A stretch of 62,619 nucleotides of DNA, counting the filler. It is 5 parts of 5 records of this genome, joined end to end, with 100 filler letters (N's around TTAATTAATTAA, not from the genome) between each part and the next. Parts side by side here need not be neighbours in the genome. Positions count along the whole stretch, not along the records: positions 56,546 to 62,619 come from DRR723986_4111; 4 more parts are not named here. The stretch is one strand, 5' to 3'. The translations under genes were made by a program, and so were the position numbers. Under the pieces are notes generated by a model. It was not told the origin of the DNA. It saw nothing but the letters and a program-made list of their open reading frames with translations, and did no database searches. Shown here piece after piece: positions 59,246 through 62,619 of the stretch (position 1 is the first letter of the stretch; every line of letters begins with the position of its first letter).

Positions 59246-60334
59246 TCAGGCCGGGGCGGCCAGTCTTGCTAGCCGCTCATCGCGGAAGGAGACAAGGCGC
59301 CTTGCGTTTTCGTCCCACAGGACCAGCTTCACGCAGCCAAGGCTCTGGCGCAAAGTAAGTCGGCTGACATTGCGCAGTTCCGGATGTTCCTTGAGGACTT
59401 CAGACAGCCGGTAGAAGGGAATTTTGGGAGACAGGTGGTGCACGTGGTGGATGCCGATATTTCCGGAGAACCAGCGCAACAGGGGCGGCAGGTCGTAATG
59501 CGAACTGCCTTCAAGCGCGGCATGCTGGAAATCCCAGTCACTTTCTTCAGACCAATGCGTCTCTTCGAACTGGTGCTGGATATAGAAGAGCCAAACACCG
59601 GCGCTGGCTGCCATCAGAGTAATCGGGACCTGCACAAGGAAAAACGTGCTTGCGCCGACCAGCCAGATCATGAGCGCAAACGGTGCCGCGATCCCGAGAT
59701 TTGTGGCAATTGTCGACACCCAGGGCTGCATTCCGGCGCGCATCAGGCCATAGGGAAGCCGGTATTGGGCGACGAACAGCCATGCCGGTCCCAGGCCGAA
59801 CATGACGACCGGATGCCGATAGAGCCAGTAGCGCAGGCGGCCCCAGCGGGATAGGGCTCTGTATTCGCGCACGGTCAGTGTATCGACGTCACCGACGCCG
59901 CGACGGTCGAGGTTTCCGGCAGAGGCATGGTGGATGGCGTGAGTTCGGCGCCAGTAATCGTAAGGGGTAAAGGTAAGTACCCCGATGACCCGGCCGATCC
60001 AGTCGTTCATGCTGCGCCGGGCGTACAAGTTCCCATGGCCGCAATCGTGCTGCAGGATAAAAAGCCGGACCAGAAACCCAGCCGCCGGGACCGTCAGGAT
60101 CAATCCGAACCAGTAGCCGTGTAAGACGAGTGTCGCGGTAATTCCCCACAGTGCAATGAAGGGGAGGACCGTTATTGCAATCTCGAAACTGCTGCGGCGC
60201 GCACTGATGTTCCGGAATTTGGCAAGAGCTGCGATCCAGGACCGGCTCTGGCGATCAGCAGTCGAATTTTTCAGCGACGGATTTTCAGAGCCGTGGCTGA
60301 GCTCAGGCGCGCTAATATTAGAGGTTACGGTCAT
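59246..60334 (-). CDS. Membrane fatty-acid desaturase (Bacillus Des-like)
   Basis: His boxes HDCGH, HAIHH, HHVHH plus YIQHQFE. Confidence 0.93.
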   Translation of the reverse strand: MTVTSNISAPELSHGSENPSLKNSTADRQSRSWIAALAKFRNISARRSSFEIAITVLPFIALWGITATLVLHGYWFGLILTVPAAGFLVRLFILQHDCGHGNLYARRSMNDWIGRVIGVLTFTPYDYWRRTHAIHHASAGNLDRRGVGDVDTLTVREYRALSRWGRLRYWLYRHPVVMFGLGPAWLFVAQYRLPYGLMRAGMQPWVSTIATNLGIAAPFALMIWLVGASTFFLVQVPITLMAASAGVWLFYIQHQFEETHWSEESDWDFQHAALEGSSHYDLPPLLRWFSGNIGIHHVHHLSPKIPFYRLSEVLKEHPELRNVSRLTLRQSLGCVKLVLWDENARRLVSFRDERLARLAAPA

Positions 60335-60625
60335 TCATGCGGCCTTCCACGCAGTATTCCGGAGTTTGATCGTTTCTCCAGGAATGACGTCCGTGGATAT
60401 CGAGCAGCGATTAAACCGACGTTGCCGGTCAAGTTGGTCTGCAGGTTTTCTGTCGCATCTACAATCCTATTTTTGCATTTACGGAAAACTATTCAGAAAA
60501 ATCGACGGAAATACCGCCGATTATCAAATTCTTTTCAGAAATTCGTCGTCTCGCGCCGGTGTGAAACGAAAGTCAGTCCAGCCGGAGGCGGTCTGCATTT
60601 CCAGGAGCTGCACCCGAGGCCGGAG

Positions 60626-60650
60626 ACCTTCGGGCTGTCAGCCCGAAGGT
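60626..60650. terminator. Strong hairpin downstream of NRPS gene
   Basis: ACCTTCGGGCTG-T-CAGCCCGAAGGT perfect inverted repeat ~25 nt after the NRPS stop. Confidence 0.6.
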
Positions 60651-60673
60651 GTTTTTCCGATGATGTGAGAAGG

Positions 60674-62619
60674 TCAAGTCCTGGCCAGTTGGGAAATATT
60701 CATGTTGGAGGCATCACCACGCGAGAATTGCGTGAACATTGACATGACGGACGCGCGGATTGCCTCTACCTGCGCAGGCGAATAGCGCCTGGCCTGGTAG
60801 CTCATCAGCACGCGGATGGCGCGATTGCCGTCGATGACCTCTTCCATCACTTCAAATTGCAGTCCGAGATGGGATTCATGCTTGTCCGGGTCGACCTGGC
60901 GAAACGCGATGGTACCGCCATCCGGCGCTGGCAGGTTGCCGTTCAACTTGTTTTGCGCATGGATCTGAATGAACACATCGAACAGGTGATCCATTCCGGG
61001 CGTCATGCCAAGGGCGTCTTCCACAAGGTCGATCGGAATGTCGGTAAAGGGCATCGATCCGTTGATCATGTCCTTGATGTTGCCGATCAGGGTGCCGACA
61101 GTCGGATCGTCTCCGAAGCGAACCCGGTGGGCGACGACAGTGGTGAAGTAGCCGATCGTGTCGAAATAGTCGGGGTCCGTACGGCCCGCGGCTGAGGTGC
61201 CGATCACCAGATCGGACAATCCCCCAAGGGCCTGAAGCGCGGCGGAAATCGCGCCATAGACGACGTTGAAAAGGGAAGCACTGTTTTCCTTGGCAATGGC
61301 ATAAAGCCCCTCGGAAACGTCGCTCTCCAGCCGTATTTCAACCCAGCCGCCTGCGACCGAACTATCGTCGGTGGCGGGTTCATCGGGGAGTTTGGGTTCG
61401 TTGGTGAAGAGAACCAGTTCCCTGGGTGCATCACCGAGCATGTCCGTCCAGAAGGCAAGGTGCCGGGCATTGACGCCCGACTGCACCTGCTTGCGGGCAA
61501 ACTCTTGAAAAGGTGCTGGTTCGTCCGGCCATTCGGGCGCAACGCCAAGGCTGCGTGCGCAGTAGGCTTCAACCAGTTCGTCCATCATCAGGTTGACGGA
61601 CCATTCGTCGAGCGCAAGGTGGTGGAACAGGAACGAGAGCACTTGCCGACCTGTTTCCGGATCGGTGAGAAACCGCAACCTGACCGGCAATTCCTTTGCA
61701 AGGTCGAAGCAATAAATGGCTTCGGCATTGCGGTCCGCACCGGTGCTTTCCGAGCTGGTCCAGAACCATTTGTAGGTCGCCAGTTCCTCGACGGGAACAA
61801 CCTTCTGCAAGACATCACCTTCTTCCGTTTCGAAGTAGAGAGTCCTGAGGGCGGCATGCCGTTTCATCAAGTCACCGAAGGCGGCCTCGAAAACGGTTTC
61901 ATCGACGGGGTCGAGAAAATCCAGGGCAAATGGCAAGTTGAAAATCTCGCGGTATCCAAGAGCCGAATAGATCTTCCAGAGCGACATCTGCGCAAGTGCT
62001 AGAGGTGTGGCAGCGTCGCTGGCCTTGCCATTTCTGATCTCGACATTGTGGTTCCCGGCGCTTTCGCCGGCCCCATCGACCAGTGTCGCGTGCCGGGCAA
62101 GACCTGCTGCTGTGGGGTTGCCGAAAAGATCGTTGAAACGAACCTCTATACCATGATCATGAAGCAGGCGGCCGATGATCCGTGTGGCAACCAGCGAATG
62201 TCCGCCGAAATCGAAAAAGTCGTCGTCTGGTGTGAGGTCTGCAACCGCGAGCGCATCCCGAAACTCCTCCAGGATGGCCGCCTGAATGGCCGTCACGTCG
62301 AGGGAAGTTCCTTGCCGTGTGTGGAAAGGAGCGTCAGAAACACAGGCACTTTCGCTCTGGAGAAGCTGCTTGCCCGTCGTGATTGAAAGACCTTCCGGGT
62401 TCCGGAGGTATTCGGAAAACAGATCCAGCACCAAACTGCCGGCATGTCGACTGATCCTCTGTCCCGTGACCAGTTCAAGAATTGCACTGCCTTCTGTGTC
62501 AAAGCCCACTGCCAGCTCGAAATCGGGGCGGGCTTCATATGTCGGCAGGGGTATCCGGTCGAAGGCGAGTGTGTCTGTCGGGACGATGGTTTTCGGATCG
62601 GCGAGCCGTTGAATCCAAA
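60674..62619 (-). CDS. NRPS, C-terminal PCP + condensation domain (5' end beyond window)
   Basis: Frame open to window edge; DFFDFGGHSL carrier serine; LALAQ..LW, RH.ALRT, FHHLALDEWS, IGYF; no thioesterase. Confidence 0.9.
   Translation of the reverse strand, partial: WIQRLADPKTIVPTDTLAFDRIPLPTYEARPDFELAVGFDTEGSAILELVTGQRISRHAGSLVLDLFSEYLRNPEGLSITTGKQLLQSESACVSDAPFHTRQGTSLDVTAIQAAILEEFRDALAVADLTPDDDFFDFGGHSLVATRIIGRLLHDHGIEVRFNDLFGNPTAAGLARHATLVDGAGESAGNHNVEIRNGKASDAATPLALAQMSLWKIYSALGYREIFNLPFALDFLDPVDETVFEAAFGDLMKRHAALRTLYFETEEGDVLQKVVPVEELATYKWFWTSSESTGADRNAEAIYCFDLAKELPVRLRFLTDPETGRQVLSFLFHHLALDEWSVNLMMDELVEAYCARSLGVAPEWPDEPAPFQEFARKQVQSGVNARHLAFWTDMLGDAPRELVLFTNEPKLPDEPATDDSSVAGGWVEIRLESDVSEGLYAIAKENSASLFNVVYGAISAALQALGGLSDLVIGTSAAGRTDPDYFDTIGYFTTVVAHRVRFGDDPTVGTLIGNIKDMINGSMPFTDIPIDLVEDALGMTPGMDHLFDVFIQIHAQNKLNGNLPAPDGGTIAFRQVDPDKHESHLGLQFEVMEEVIDGNRAIRVLMSYQARRYSPAQVEAIRASVMSMFTQFSRGDASNMNISQLART

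Noticed and set aside
59246-62619. Desaturase as a tailoring enzyme of the NRPS
   Set aside because: Separated by 340 bp and a strong hairpin; looks like an ordinary membrane-lipid desaturase
1-62619. CRISPR arrays, rRNA, prophage, defence or toxin-antitoxin genes
   Set aside because: No regularly spaced repeats or recognisable motifs seen

Overview
The window is five separate alphaproteobacterial contigs joined by artificial 100-bp spacers (44 N + TTAATTAATTAA + 44 N), so genes on either side of a spacer are not neighbours. Contig 1 (1-12098) is Rhodobacteraceae-type chromosome: OmpR regulator with a SorX-like 3'UTR sRNA, ribA, yggS, porin, leuS-lptE-holA, GST, flavoprotein, partial MscS. 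Contig 2 (12199-40211) is very GC-rich and is a RepABC replicon. It carries a divergent gcvPA/gcvPB pair led by an NAD-kinase/AcoX-like gene, a Ddp-like ABC/XRE-cupin/GAF/deacetylase module, and the best candidate for a new system: an apparent 3,6-anhydrogalactose (red-algal sugar) uptake and catabolism cluster. That cluster has ALDH, cycloisomerase, Zn-dehydrogenase, KduD-like reductase, a YtfQ-type ABC importer, an extra GMC oxidoreductase and a FadR regulator with two visible operators. Contig 3 (40312-49475): aldonolactone oxidase + PLP enzyme, GSCFA/SGNH pair, Ldh_2 reductase, TPP riboswitch-thiBPQ, tRNA-Ala 3' end. Contig 4 (49576-56445, AT-richer): M14 peptidase, ghrA, Ca/Na antiporter, SDR-folB, an AT-rich DnaA-box region, partial uvrC. 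Contig 5 (56546-62619): MarR, DUF4287, LuxR-type regulator, fatty-acid desaturase, partial NRPS ending PCP-C. All family calls come from motif reading and recall; no database search was run.
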